DNA of 64,000 nucleotides from Hyphomicrobiales bacterium (GTDB lineage Bacteria; Pseudomonadota; Alphaproteobacteria; Rhizobiales; Aestuariivirgaceae), in NCBI GenBank assembly GCA_031398425.1, contig JANNNG010000226.1, positions 9,270-73,269 on the forward strand. Direction: 5' to 3'. Position 1 is the stretch's first letter; each line of letters begins with the position of its first letter. Under the pieces are notes generated by a model that saw only the letters and a list, made by a program, of their open reading frames with translations, had not been told where the DNA came from and ran no database searches. This document shows, piece by piece, positions 10,572 to 19,527 of the stretch. The translations under genes were made by a program, and so were the position numbers.

Positions 10572-10703
10572 TCGTCATTCCAAACGCCCGCCCTATCGCG
10601 GGCGATTTGGAACCCCGCTTTCTCTGACGTCAGTTTTACCCGTCAGAGAATAGCGGGGTTCCAGTTCGCGCTCCGCAAGTGCTACGCTTGTCTGGAATGA
10701 CGA
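10572..10703. repeat. Palindromic intergenic element (GTCATTCC...GGAATGAC type, RPE/RIME-like)
   Basis: Terminal inverted repeats tcgtcattcca / tggaatgacga. Inner near-perfect arms tggaaccccgctttctctgacg / cgtcagagaatagcggggttcca. Confidence 0.85.
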
Positions 10704-10736
10704 TTGTATTGAATTGAATGACGATGCAATAGAAAC

Positions 10737-11687
10737 ATGTCCTCACAACAGCACTCCCACCTCGTCGGCATGTCACGCAGCGCCTACACGCGCGCGCTGA
10801 TCTTCTTCCTCGCTCCCGCCATGCTGATCTATTCGCTCTTCTCCATCTACCCACTCATCGCCACCATCGTGAATTCCTTCTACGACAAGCAGGACAACGG
10901 CACTTATCTCTACATCGGTATTGCCAACTTCCGAACCCTGCTCACCGACCCCACATGGTCAGCACCCTTCTGGAATGCGTTCTGGAACAATTGCAAATTC
11001 TTCTTTGTCCACATGCTGGTGCAAAATCCCATCGGCCTCCTGCTCGCGGCACTTTTGAGCCTGCCAGTGCTGCGTTTCCGCTCAACTTACAGAACGCTGA
11101 TCTTCATGCCGACAATGCTCTCCGTCGTCGTCATCGGTTTCACATGGCAACTGATCCTCTCGCCACTCTGGGGCATTGCGAAAATGTTCCTGCAAACCAT
11201 AGGCGTAGGGTTCATGTTCGCACCCTGGCTCGGCGAAGAATCAACAGCACTTCTCACCATCTCACTGATCTCGGTCTGGCAATTCGTGGGCATTCCCATG
11301 ATCCTCATCTATACGGCCCTGCTTGCCATTCCTGAAGAGTTGATCGACGCCGCAACAGTGGATGGCCTCAACCAGTTCGAAGCCTTCGTCTATGTGAAGC
11401 TGCCGCTGATCTGGCCCACCATCGGGCTGGTATCAGTCCTTACCTTCGTCAACAACTTCAACGCCTTTGATCTCATCTACGCCATGAAGGGCGCACTTGC
11501 CGGCCCGAATTACTCTGCCGACATCATGGGCACGCTGTTCTACCGCGTTTTCTTCGGCAACCAGTTGCAGAATGGTGATGTGTCCATGGGTGCCACCATC
11601 GCAACAATGATGCTGTTGATCATCTTGTGCGGCGTCATGCTCTATCTCTTCGCCATCCAGCGCCGCCTGCAGAGGTATTCCTTCTGA
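10737..11687 (+). CDS. Sugar ABC transporter permease (MalF-like)
   Basis: Hydrophobic helices. EAA loop IPEELIDAATVDG. Confidence 0.93.
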   Translation: MSSQQHSHLVGMSRSAYTRALIFFLAPAMLIYSLFSIYPLIATIVNSFYDKQDNGTYLYIGIANFRTLLTDPTWSAPFWNAFWNNCKFFFVHMLVQNPIGLLLAALLSLPVLRFRSTYRTLIFMPTMLSVVVIGFTWQLILSPLWGIAKMFLQTIGVGFMFAPWLGEESTALLTISLISVWQFVGIPMILIYTALLAIPEELIDAATVDGLNQFEAFVYVKLPLIWPTIGLVSVLTFVNNFNAFDLIYAMKGALAGPNYSADIMGTLFYRVFFGNQLQNGDVSMGATIATMMLLIILCGVMLYLFAIQRRLQRYSF

Positions 11688-12514
11688 TGCGAAAACCAGC
11701 CTCCGCCTTCATCGTCCACGCCATTCTCGGGCTTTATACGCTACTGGCCCTGTTCCCCATCATCCTCGTCATCATGAATTCCTTCAAGGCCAAGCGCGCC
11801 ATCTTCAACACGCCGCTGCAACCGCCCATGCCATGGAACTTTGATCCCATCGGTTACACCAAGGTCTTTGGCGATAGTGCCATCGCCACCTACTACATGA
11901 ACTCGATCACGGTCACCGTGGGCACCATCTTCTTCACGCTGCTGTTCGGTGCCATGGCAGCCTGGGCGCTGACCGAATACAAGTTCCGCTTCAACACCGC
12001 ACTGGGACTGTTCCTCGCCATTGGCATCATGGTGCCGATACGATTGGGCTCCGTGTCGATCATTCAACTGGTGGCCAATCTCAACCTCATCAACACGCTG
12101 ACAGCGTTGATCCTCGTCTACATCGCGCAAAATCTGCCGCTTGCCGTGTTCATTCTCTCTGAATTTATCCAGCAAATTCCAAAAGATTTACGCGAAGCCG
12201 GGCGCTGTGATGGCCTCTCGGAATACAACATCTTCTTCTATATCGTGCTGCCGCTGCTGCGCCCCGCTATGGCCACGGTCGCCGTCTTCACCATGATCCC
12301 CGTCTGGAATGATCTCTGGTTCCCGCTGCTCCTCGCCCCCACCGGCGGCAAGCAGACCATCACATTGGGCGTGCAACAATTCCTCGGACAATACATCACC
12401 GACTGGAATGCCGTGCTGGCCGCTCTGAGCACAGCCATCATTCCCGTGCTCATTCTTTATGTCATCTTCTCCCGCCAGTTGATCCGGGGCTTGACCTCGG
12501 GAGCAGTAAAATGA
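11687..12514 (+). CDS. Sugar ABC transporter permease (MalG-like)
   Basis: TGATG overlap with the previous gene. IPKDLREAGRCDG EAA loop, WNDLWFPL. Confidence 0.93.
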   Translation: MRKPASAFIVHAILGLYTLLALFPIILVIMNSFKAKRAIFNTPLQPPMPWNFDPIGYTKVFGDSAIATYYMNSITVTVGTIFFTLLFGAMAAWALTEYKFRFNTALGLFLAIGIMVPIRLGSVSIIQLVANLNLINTLTALILVYIAQNLPLAVFILSEFIQQIPKDLREAGRCDGLSEYNIFFYIVLPLLRPAMATVAVFTMIPVWNDLWFPLLLAPTGGKQTITLGVQQFLGQYITDWNAVLAALSTAIIPVLILYVIFSRQLIRGLTSGAVK

Positions 12515-12521
12515 GTGCGCC

Positions 12522-13580
12522 ATGGCCGAAGTGAAAATCGACAACCTCCACAAATCCTACGGCAAGGTCGATGTGCTGAAAGACATCAACCTCGTCGTCG
12601 AGGACGGTTCCTTCGTCGTCCTCGTCGGCCCATCAGGCTGTGGCAAGTCCACCCTGTTGCGAACCGTTGCAGGCCTTGAACCCATCAACAGCGGCGAAAT
12701 TTCCATAGCAGGCCGCAACGTCAGCACCCTTGCCCCGGCGCAGCGCGAAATCGCCATGGTATTCCAGTCCTACGCGCTTTATCCGCACATGAACGTCGAG
12801 AACAACATGGCCTTCGGCCTGAAGTTTGCGCGCACACCGAAGGACGAAATCACAAGGCGCGTCGCCGAAGCCTCGCGCATCCTGCAACTGGAACCGCTGC
12901 TCAAGCGCCGCCCCAAGGAACTCTCGGGTGGCCAACGCCAGCGCGTCGCCATTGGCCGCGCCATCGTGCGAAAGCCAAAAGTCTTTCTGTTCGACGAACC
13001 CCTGTCAAATCTCGATGCGGCCCTCCGCATCAACACCCGTGTGGAAATCGCAAAGCTGCACAAGCTGCTGAACGCGACAATCCTCTACGTGACCCACGAT
13101 CAGGTTGAGGCCATGACCCTCGCCGACAAGATCGTGGTCATGAACGAGGGCCGCATCGAACAAACCGGAAAACCCCTCGATCTCTACTATAAACCCGCCA
13201 ACCTCTTCGTGGCCCGCTTCATCGGCTCACCCGCCATGAACATTCTTCCAGCAGCCGTAGCGAATACCAACACGGTCGATCTGGGTTCAGGTCTGACGCT
13301 GAAAGTGATCCTGCCCAAACACATGAAGGCAAATGACAAGCTGAGCATGGGATGCCGACCCGAACACATGACACTCACTACTAAAGGCATCCGAGGCACC
13401 ATCGACATCATCGAACGCCTCGGCGAAACCGGCTACGCCCATGTGCGACTGCCGACAGGGCAAGTTGTCGTGGTTGAGGTGCGGGGCGAACCACCCCAGG
13501 GCAAAGACGGCAAGGTGAATGTAGCGTTTTCACCAGATCATATGCATCTGTTTGACCAGAACGGCTTGCGTATCGGCTAA
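12522..13580 (+). CDS. Sugar ABC transporter ATP-binding protein (MalK/UgpC-like)
   Basis: [33 protein letters not shown]-like C-terminus. Confidence 0.96.
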   Translation: MAEVKIDNLHKSYGKVDVLKDINLVVEDGSFVVLVGPSGCGKSTLLRTVAGLEPINSGEISIAGRNVSTLAPAQREIAMVFQSYALYPHMNVENNMAFGLKFARTPKDEITRRVAEASRILQLEPLLKRRPKELSGGQRQRVAIGRAIVRKPKVFLFDEPLSNLDAALRINTRVEIAKLHKLLNATILYVTHDQVEAMTLADKIVVMNEGRIEQTGKPLDLYYKPANLFVARFIGSPAMNILPAAVANTNTVDLGSGLTLKVILPKHMKANDKLSMGCRPEHMTLTTKGIRGTIDIIERLGETGYAHVRLPTGQVVVVEVRGEPPQGKDGKVNVAFSPDHMHLFDQNGLRIG

Positions 13581-13598
13581 AACCAACCTCAAGGTAAC

Positions 13599-13673
13599 TG
13601 GCTGGGGCGGGAGGGATCGAACCTCCGAATGCCGGAATCAAAATCCGGTGCCTTACCGCTTGGCGACGCCCCA
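13599..13673 (-). tRNA. tRNA-Gln(TTG)
   Basis: Reverse complement TGGGGCGTCGCCAAGCGGTAAGGCACCGGATT-TTG-ATTCCGGCATTCGGAGGTTCGATCCCTCCCGCCCCAGCCA folds as a cloverleaf with encoded CCA. Confidence 0.97.
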
Positions 13674-13717
13674 GTAGCGGGGCGCTCTATAGCTGCTTCG
13701 ATTGTGTGTCGCAACAG

Positions 13718-13785
13718 GTCAGAGCACCACACCATTGCGACCAGCATATTCCATCAAATCCCCGCGCAGGGAATGCGCAGGCGAG
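13718..13785 (-). pseudogene. Displaced copy of the ptsP 3' end (SPAHSLRGDLMEYAGRNGVVL-stop)
   Basis: 64/68 nt identical to 17163-17230, same orientation, stop codon retained. Confidence 0.9.
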
Positions 13786-14063
13786 GTGAAATTGACAAGC
13801 TGCACAGCCCTGGCATCGCCGGAGGCTTGTTGGTCCAAGTTAGGCCGCCATGGAATCGAGCACCATGGCAAAGCGGATTGCCGCATCGGTCAGCGCCCCC
13901 ACCTTGTGGATGTAAGAGAACATCGCCCCCGACATGCCAGCAAGCTGAAAAACCGCCGCCGCGCGCGTTCGTCGGATAAATTGCATTGTGCAATGCGGCA
14001 TGCTAGGAGCGCGGCAATCTCAAGCCTCTACAGCAAGCCCTCACAGAAAGTCACAGCACTCCT

Positions 14064-15890
14064 ATGGATCTGCGCAATATCGCCATTATCGCCCACGTTG
14101 ACCACGGCAAGACAACGCTGATCGACCGTCTGCTCAGCCAGTCCGGCACCTTTCGCGACAACCAGAAGGTGGGCGAACGCGTCATGGATTCGAATGATCT
14201 TGAGCGTGAACGCGGCATCACCATCCTCGCCAAGGTCACTTCGCTGCAATGGCACGACACCCGCATCAACATCGTTGACACGCCGGGCCACGCCGATTTT
14301 GGCGGTGAGGTTGAACGCATTCTCAACATGGTCGATGGTTGCGTGCTGCTGGTGGACGCCGCCGAAGGCCCGATGCCACAGACCAAGTTCGTGCTGCAAA
14401 AGGCCTTGAAACTCGGCCTCAAGCCTATCGTCTGTATTAACAAGATCGACCGTCCGGATGAACGTCACATCGAAGTGGTGAACGAAGTTTTCGATCTGTT
14501 CGCAGCACTTGATGCATCAGAAGAACAACTCGACTTTCCGATCATCTATGGGTCGGCAAAACACGGCTGGATGGCTGACAAGCCGGAAGGCCCGCAGGTC
14601 AACATGGACCCGCTGTTTGCCCTGGTGGTCAAGCATTTCGCACCCCCTGTGATTGAACCCGGCGAATTTCGCATGCTGGCCACCACACTCGAAGCCAACG
14701 CTTTCCTCGGCCGCATTCTGACAGGCCGCATCCGCTCAGGCTCGGTAAAGCCAAACCAACAGGTCAAGATTCTGGCCCGTGACGGTTCGGTTGTTGAAAC
14801 CGGCCGCGTGTCAAAAGTGCTGTCCTTCCGTGGCATTGAACGCGTCCCCGTCGAAGAAGCCCATGCGGGTGACATCGTGGCCATCGCAGGTCTCGTGAAA
14901 GCGACCGTGTCCGACACCTTCGTTGATCCTGCAATCACCGAACCCATCGCCGCCACTCCAATCGATCCTCCAACACTCGCGATGGCCTTCCGCATCAATG
15001 ACGGACCACTGGCTGGCAAGGAAGGCGACAAGGTGCAATCCCGCGTCATCCGTGAACGCTTGTTGCGCGAGTCAGAAGGCAACATTGCGCTGCGCGTCAC
15101 CGCATCCGAAACCGAAACCGATGCTTTTGAAGTGGCGGGCCGTGGTGAATTGCAGTTGGGCATCCTGATTGAAACCATGCGGCGCGAAGGCTTTGAACTC
15201 ACGGTGGGGCGACCGCGCGTGGTCTATCAAATCGACGAAACCACCGGCGAAAAAATGGAACCCGTCGAAGAAGTCATCATCGACGTGGATGAAGCTTACG
15301 CAGGCGTCGTCGTCCAGAAAGTCTCGGAGCGCAAGGGCGAACTCCGCGATATGCGGCCCTCCGGCACCGGTCGTCAGCGTCTCGTCTTCCATGCGCCAAC
15401 GCGCGGCCTCATCGGTTACCAGTCTGAACTGTTGTCAGACACGCGCGGCACCGCCATCATGAACCGCCTGTTCCATTCCTATGCCCCTTTCATGGGCAAC
15501 ATTGCCAGTCGCCACACCGGTGCCCTCATCTCCAATGGTGAAGGCGAAGCCGTGGTTTACGCCATGTTCAACCTACAGGATCGTGGGCCCATGTTCATTG
15601 AGCCCGGCGCCAAGGTCTATGCTGGCATGATCATCGGCGAACACACGCGCGGCAATGACCTTGAGCTTAATGTGCTGAAGGAGAAAAAACTCTCCAACGT
15701 ACGTTCAAAGGGCGCAGAAGAAGCACAGATTTTGACGCCGCCGATCAAGATGTCGCTGGAAAAAGCGCTCGCCTATATCGGCGAAGATGAGTTGGTGGAA
15801 ATCACGCCAAAGTCTATCCGGCTGCGCAAGACCATTCTTGATCCCACGGAAAGAAAGCGCCTGTCGCGGCAGAAAGAGGCTGCGGCCTAA
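14064..15890 (+). CDS. typA: Translational GTPase TypA/BipA
   Basis: [47 protein letters not shown]. Confidence 0.98.
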   Translation: MDLRNIAIIAHVDHGKTTLIDRLLSQSGTFRDNQKVGERVMDSNDLERERGITILAKVTSLQWHDTRINIVDTPGHADFGGEVERILNMVDGCVLLVDAAEGPMPQTKFVLQKALKLGLKPIVCINKIDRPDERHIEVVNEVFDLFAALDASEEQLDFPIIYGSAKHGWMADKPEGPQVNMDPLFALVVKHFAPPVIEPGEFRMLATTLEANAFLGRILTGRIRSGSVKPNQQVKILARDGSVVETGRVSKVLSFRGIERVPVEEAHAGDIVAIAGLVKATVSDTFVDPAITEPIAATPIDPPTLAMAFRINDGPLAGKEGDKVQSRVIRERLLRESEGNIALRVTASETETDAFEVAGRGELQLGILIETMRREGFELTVGRPRVVYQIDETTGEKMEPVEEVIIDVDEAYAGVVVQKVSERKGELRDMRPSGTGRQRLVFHAPTRGLIGYQSELLSDTRGTAIMNRLFHSYAPFMGNIASRHTGALISNGEGEAVVYAMFNLQDRGPMFIEPGAKVYAGMIIGEHTRGNDLELNVLKEKKLSNVRSKGAEEAQILTPPIKMSLEKALAYIGEDELVEITPKSIRLRKTILDPTERKRLSRQKEAAA

Positions 15891-16477
15891 TCACTTTCAC
15901 ATCCTCCCTGAGGTGCCACACCATCAACGGATGTGCCGGGGTTGGCAAAAAAAATTGTCTTTCCCACTTTGCAGGAAAAGACTTCCGCTGCTGTATCCGC
16001 CAGCCAGCGCGCCTTCTCATTGGCATTGGGATAGCTGCCTTCGACATAGCCCACATGGCAGGATTGGCGTTCGTCCACCTTGGTCACAACAAGCCAGTCC
16101 TTGGTCTTGCTTCCATCGTCAGGGTCGTAAGACACCTTCCAGCGCAGAATGGTGGCAATGGCCTTGTCCCCCTTCAACCGCCATTCGATCTTGTTGCCCA
16201 CGGAATTGAAGCCTGAAAAGGTCTGACGAAAAGCGCAGTGATTGCGCCCGTCCCGGCCATAGGCCACGAGCGCACGCAGATCACCTTCGGCAAAAGTGAC
16301 GGCCACACCCTTGTATCCCCGGCATTCATAAGTCGGGCTGAACTCGCCCTCACCAGGTGCCGAACCGGGCTCGATCTCTCTGCATTTCTCTGGATTGAAA
16401 TCCGTATAGGCACTGTCGTTTCCCGCCAGCGCCGAACCGCAAAGCAGCGTTGCGATTATCAAAACCAAGCCGCGCAT
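15887..16477 (-). CDS. Secreted cysteine-containing hypothetical protein
   Basis: Signal peptide (MRGLVLIIATLLCGSALA), six Cys in the mature part, plausible coding composition. No family recognised. Confidence 0.75.
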   Translation of the reverse strand: MRGLVLIIATLLCGSALAGNDSAYTDFNPEKCREIEPGSAPGEGEFSPTYECRGYKGVAVTFAEGDLRALVAYGRDGRNHCAFRQTFSGFNSVGNKIEWRLKGDKAIATILRWKVSYDPDDGSKTKDWLVVTKVDERQSCHVGYVEGSYPNANEKARWLADTAAEVFSCKVGKTIFFANPGTSVDGVAPQGGCESD

Positions 16478-16531
16478 GTCACTCTCCCAAACATGCCCCC
16501 GAAAGTAACGCTATCAGCAATTGGCGTGGCG

Positions 16532-16822
16532 TCACACCGCATATTTGAGCATTGCTTCGATGATGAAGCGGCGCAGGAATTCAAGGCCGATCAGCAGCAC
16601 GATAGGTGACAAATCAATGCCGCCGAGGTTGGGCAGAATGCGGCGGATCGGAGCCAGCAACGGTTCCGTCAACCGCGACAGGCCATGGGAAATCTGTCTG
16701 ACAGTTGGATTGTTCACGTTCACGATATTGAAGGCAAAGAGCCAGCTCAACACGACGGAAGCGAGGATCAGCCACCACACCAGATTGAAAAGATTATTGA
16801 TCAGCCAGATGATCGACAACAT
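16532..16822 (-). CDS. YggT family membrane protein
   Basis: Hydrophobic N-terminus, LSWL, RLTEPLLAPIRRILPNLGGIDLSPIV. Confidence 0.93.
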   Translation of the reverse strand: MLSIIWLINNLFNLVWWLILASVVLSWLFAFNIVNVNNPTVRQISHGLSRLTEPLLAPIRRILPNLGGIDLSPIVLLIGLEFLRRFIIEAMLKYAV

Positions 16823-16926
16823 GAGCGGTATCCTTGTTCGCGCCGTATGTAAGGGCTTGTACCCTGAATCGCAACCCGTGCAGCTTGACGTGAAAACCCG
16901 CCGCTCGTAAAGCACAAAGCCTGGTG

Positions 16927-17002
<76 letters not shown>

Positions 17003-17163
17003 TCCAGTGCGGTGACTGGCAGGCCAGACACTGATCCCGAATTGATCCAAATGAACCAAACATTCATTGCAGGCGAGCCAAGACGTCGACTGCCTCCCAG
17101 AAATAACGGCACCTGGGAAGCGGTCTTGTGATCAAACAGAAGTCTTCTGCAAACCAATCGCAG

Positions 17164-19428
17164 TCAGAGCACAACACCATTGCGACCGGCAAATTCCATC
17201 AAATCCCCCCGCAGGGAATGCGCAGGCGAGCGCATCAGCGGCTCCATGAAGGCCCAGAGCTTGCCTTGGTCCAGGGTGCGGATCATCGCCTTTACGGGAC
17301 CAATACCTGAGGGCACCATGCTCATGGAGGTCATGCCAATCCCAACAAGCCCCATGGCTTCCAGAGGCCTGCCACCCAGTTCACCGCACAACGTCACCTT
17401 CCTGCTATGTTGCTTGCCCTTCTCGACAATGATGCGCATGGCACTCAGCGCCGATGGACTCAAAGGATCATAGCGCCCCGACAGTTTCGGATTGCCGCGA
17501 TCGCTCGCAAACAGGAACTGCACCAGATCGTTCGACCCGATCGAAGCAAAATCCACCATCGGCAACAATTGGTCCAACTGCCAGATCAGCGATGGTATTT
17601 CGATCATCACACCGATCTGTAGCGATTTCGGCAGAGCATGTCCTCGCGCCGCGAGGTAAGCCTTTTCCTTGTCAACAGCAGCCTTCGCCAGAACATACTC
17701 TGAGACATCGGCAATCATCGGGAACATGACCTTCATGTTATGCCCCGCACCCGCCATCAACATGGCGCGCAACTGCAACCGCAACAATGCCGGCCGTTCC
17801 ATCGACATTCGGATGGAGCGCCAGCCCATGGCCGGGTTTTCTTCCTTGGGCTGCCTGAGATAGGGCAGGATTTTATCGGCCCCGATATCCAGTGTGCGGA
17901 ACACGACGGGCTTGCCCTCAGCCTGCTCTATCACCTGTTTATAGTGATTGATCTGCGCCGTCAGGCGGGGAAACCGCTGTGCCAGCATGAACTGCAATTC
18001 GGTTCGGTAAAGCCCTACACCATCGGCCCCCGACTCCGCCAGATGCGGCATGTCGACAATCAGACCCGCATTGATGTTGAGACTGACCGTGACACCATCC
18101 TTGGTGACCGACGGCAGATCCTTGAGGGCGGCAAACTGCGCCTGCCGCTTGGCATAGAAGCGCACTTTCTCGGCATAGGCCTTTTGCAAATCCTGTGACG
18201 GCCTGACGAAGATTTCTCCGGTGCTGCCATCGACAATGATTTCATCGCCGGGGTCCACGAGATCAACAATGCCATTGGCCTGGCCGATGGCGGGAATACC
18301 AAGAGCCCGCGCCACGATTGCCACATGGCTGGTCTTGCCCGCCTCTTCGAGAATGACGCCGCGCAATTTCGAGCGATCATAGTCCAGCAATTCCGCAGGC
18401 CCCATATTGCGGGCCACCACAATCGAGTTGTCGGGAAGATCGGTCCGCGACGCCGTGGCCACCGCACCTGTCAGGATGCGCAGCAATCGGTTCGACAGGT
18501 CGTCGAGGTCATGCATGCGCTCGCGCATGTAGGCGTCCTGCATGCGCTGCATGCGGGCGCGATTGTCATTCTGAACCCGCTCGACAGCCGCTTCTGCCGT
18601 GAGGCCCGAATGCACGGCTTCTTTCAACCGGTTCACCCAGCCCTTGTCATGGGCAAACATGCGGATGGTTTCCAACACGTCGGAATAGTCCGTGGCGCGA
18701 TTGTTTTCCGAGCCGTCCAGCAATTCATCGACTTGCGCCCTGAGCTGTTCCACGGCCGCCATGAGGCGCTGTTCTTCCAGCGGAACATTCTCGGCGATGA
18801 GATTGTGAATCTCGACGCGTGGCTCATGCAGCACGACAAAGCCCAGGGCGATGCCATCAGCCAGATTGTCAGCCTCGATGTGGTGGCTGCGAATATGGGC
18901 AACATCAATCGCCACCTCCCGCGCCACTTCCTTGAGCTCGCCCGATGCAATGATTTCGGCCAGCACCATGGCCGTGGTTTGCAGCGCCTCCTCTTCTTCC
19001 TCGGAATAATGCCGTTGCGTGCGGTTCTGCACCACGAGCACACCAATGACCGAGCCGCCACGCATGATGGGAACACCGAGGAATGACTGATAAATCTCTT
19101 CGCCCGTCTCAGGCAGATACTTGAACGATGGATGATGTTGCGCGTCAGAAATATTGAGCCCGATCGCCTGTTCGGCAATCAAGCCCACCAGACCTTCACC
19201 GGATTTCAGCACCGATTTGTGAACCGCCTCGGCCTTCAACCCTTCCGTTGCATAAAGCTCTAGAATATTTCCGGCCCGCATCACATAGATCGAACAGACC
19301 TCCGCCACCATGTTGGCAGCAATCAGACGAACGATCTTGTCGAGTTTGGCCTGGGCCGTCTCCGGCTCCGCCATCACCGCCCGCAGGCGTCGGAGAAGGA
19401 CACGCGGGCCAAGTGCGGAGCTGGGCAT
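17164..19428 (-). CDS. ptsP: Phosphoenolpyruvate-protein phosphotransferase EI-Ntr (GAF + EI)
   Basis: N-terminal GAF domain, TSHVAIVARALGIP phospho-His motif, GVGLYRTE, FRTLDIGADK, GWRSIR, SIGSNDL. Confidence 0.97.
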   Translation of the reverse strand: MPSSALGPRVLLRRLRAVMAEPETAQAKLDKIVRLIAANMVAEVCSIYVMRAGNILELYATEGLKAEAVHKSVLKSGEGLVGLIAEQAIGLNISDAQHHPSFKYLPETGEEIYQSFLGVPIMRGGSVIGVLVVQNRTQRHYSEEEEEALQTTAMVLAEIIASGELKEVAREVAIDVAHIRSHHIEADNLADGIALGFVVLHEPRVEIHNLIAENVPLEEQRLMAAVEQLRAQVDELLDGSENNRATDYSDVLETIRMFAHDKGWVNRLKEAVHSGLTAEAAVERVQNDNRARMQRMQDAYMRERMHDLDDLSNRLLRILTGAVATASRTDLPDNSIVVARNMGPAELLDYDRSKLRGVILEEAGKTSHVAIVARALGIPAIGQANGIVDLVDPGDEIIVDGSTGEIFVRPSQDLQKAYAEKVRFYAKRQAQFAALKDLPSVTKDGVTVSLNINAGLIVDMPHLAESGADGVGLYRTELQFMLAQRFPRLTAQINHYKQVIEQAEGKPVVFRTLDIGADKILPYLRQPKEENPAMGWRSIRMSMERPALLRLQLRAMLMAGAGHNMKVMFPMIADVSEYVLAKAAVDKEKAYLAARGHALPKSLQIGVMIEIPSLIWQLDQLLPMVDFASIGSNDLVQFLFASDRGNPKLSGRYDPLSPSALSAMRIIVEKGKQHSRKVTLCGELGGRPLEAMGLVGIGMTSMSMVPSGIGPVKAMIRTLDQGKLWAFMEPLMRSPAHSLRGDLMEFAGRNGVVL

Positions 19429-19451
19429 CAGCCTATCCTCAAATCATCATC

Positions 19452-19506
19452 TTCCTCGCCCGCTTGCGGGAGAGGTGGCATCGCGCAAGCGATGACGGAG
19501 AGGGAA
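19452..19506. repeat. REP-like GC-rich hairpin element
   Basis: cctcgcccgcttgcgggagagg plus catcgcgcaagcgatg hairpins. Ends in tgacggagagggaa, identical to 2510-2523. Confidence 0.75.
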
Positions 19507-19527
19507 AGTCACAGCGCAACCCCATGT

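Noticed and set aside
2525-13598. nag/mur cluster as a tRNA-Gln-anchored genomic island
   Set aside because: It begins 19 bp from the tRNA 3' end, but there is no integrase, I found no duplicate of the tRNA 3' end at the clpB side, and the composition is largely host-like.
17003-17162. 160-bp gap after tRNA-Ala as an att site or small gene
   Set aside because: I found no copy of the tRNA-Ala 3' end elsewhere in the window. The only ORF is 26 codons with no RBS or recognisable motif.
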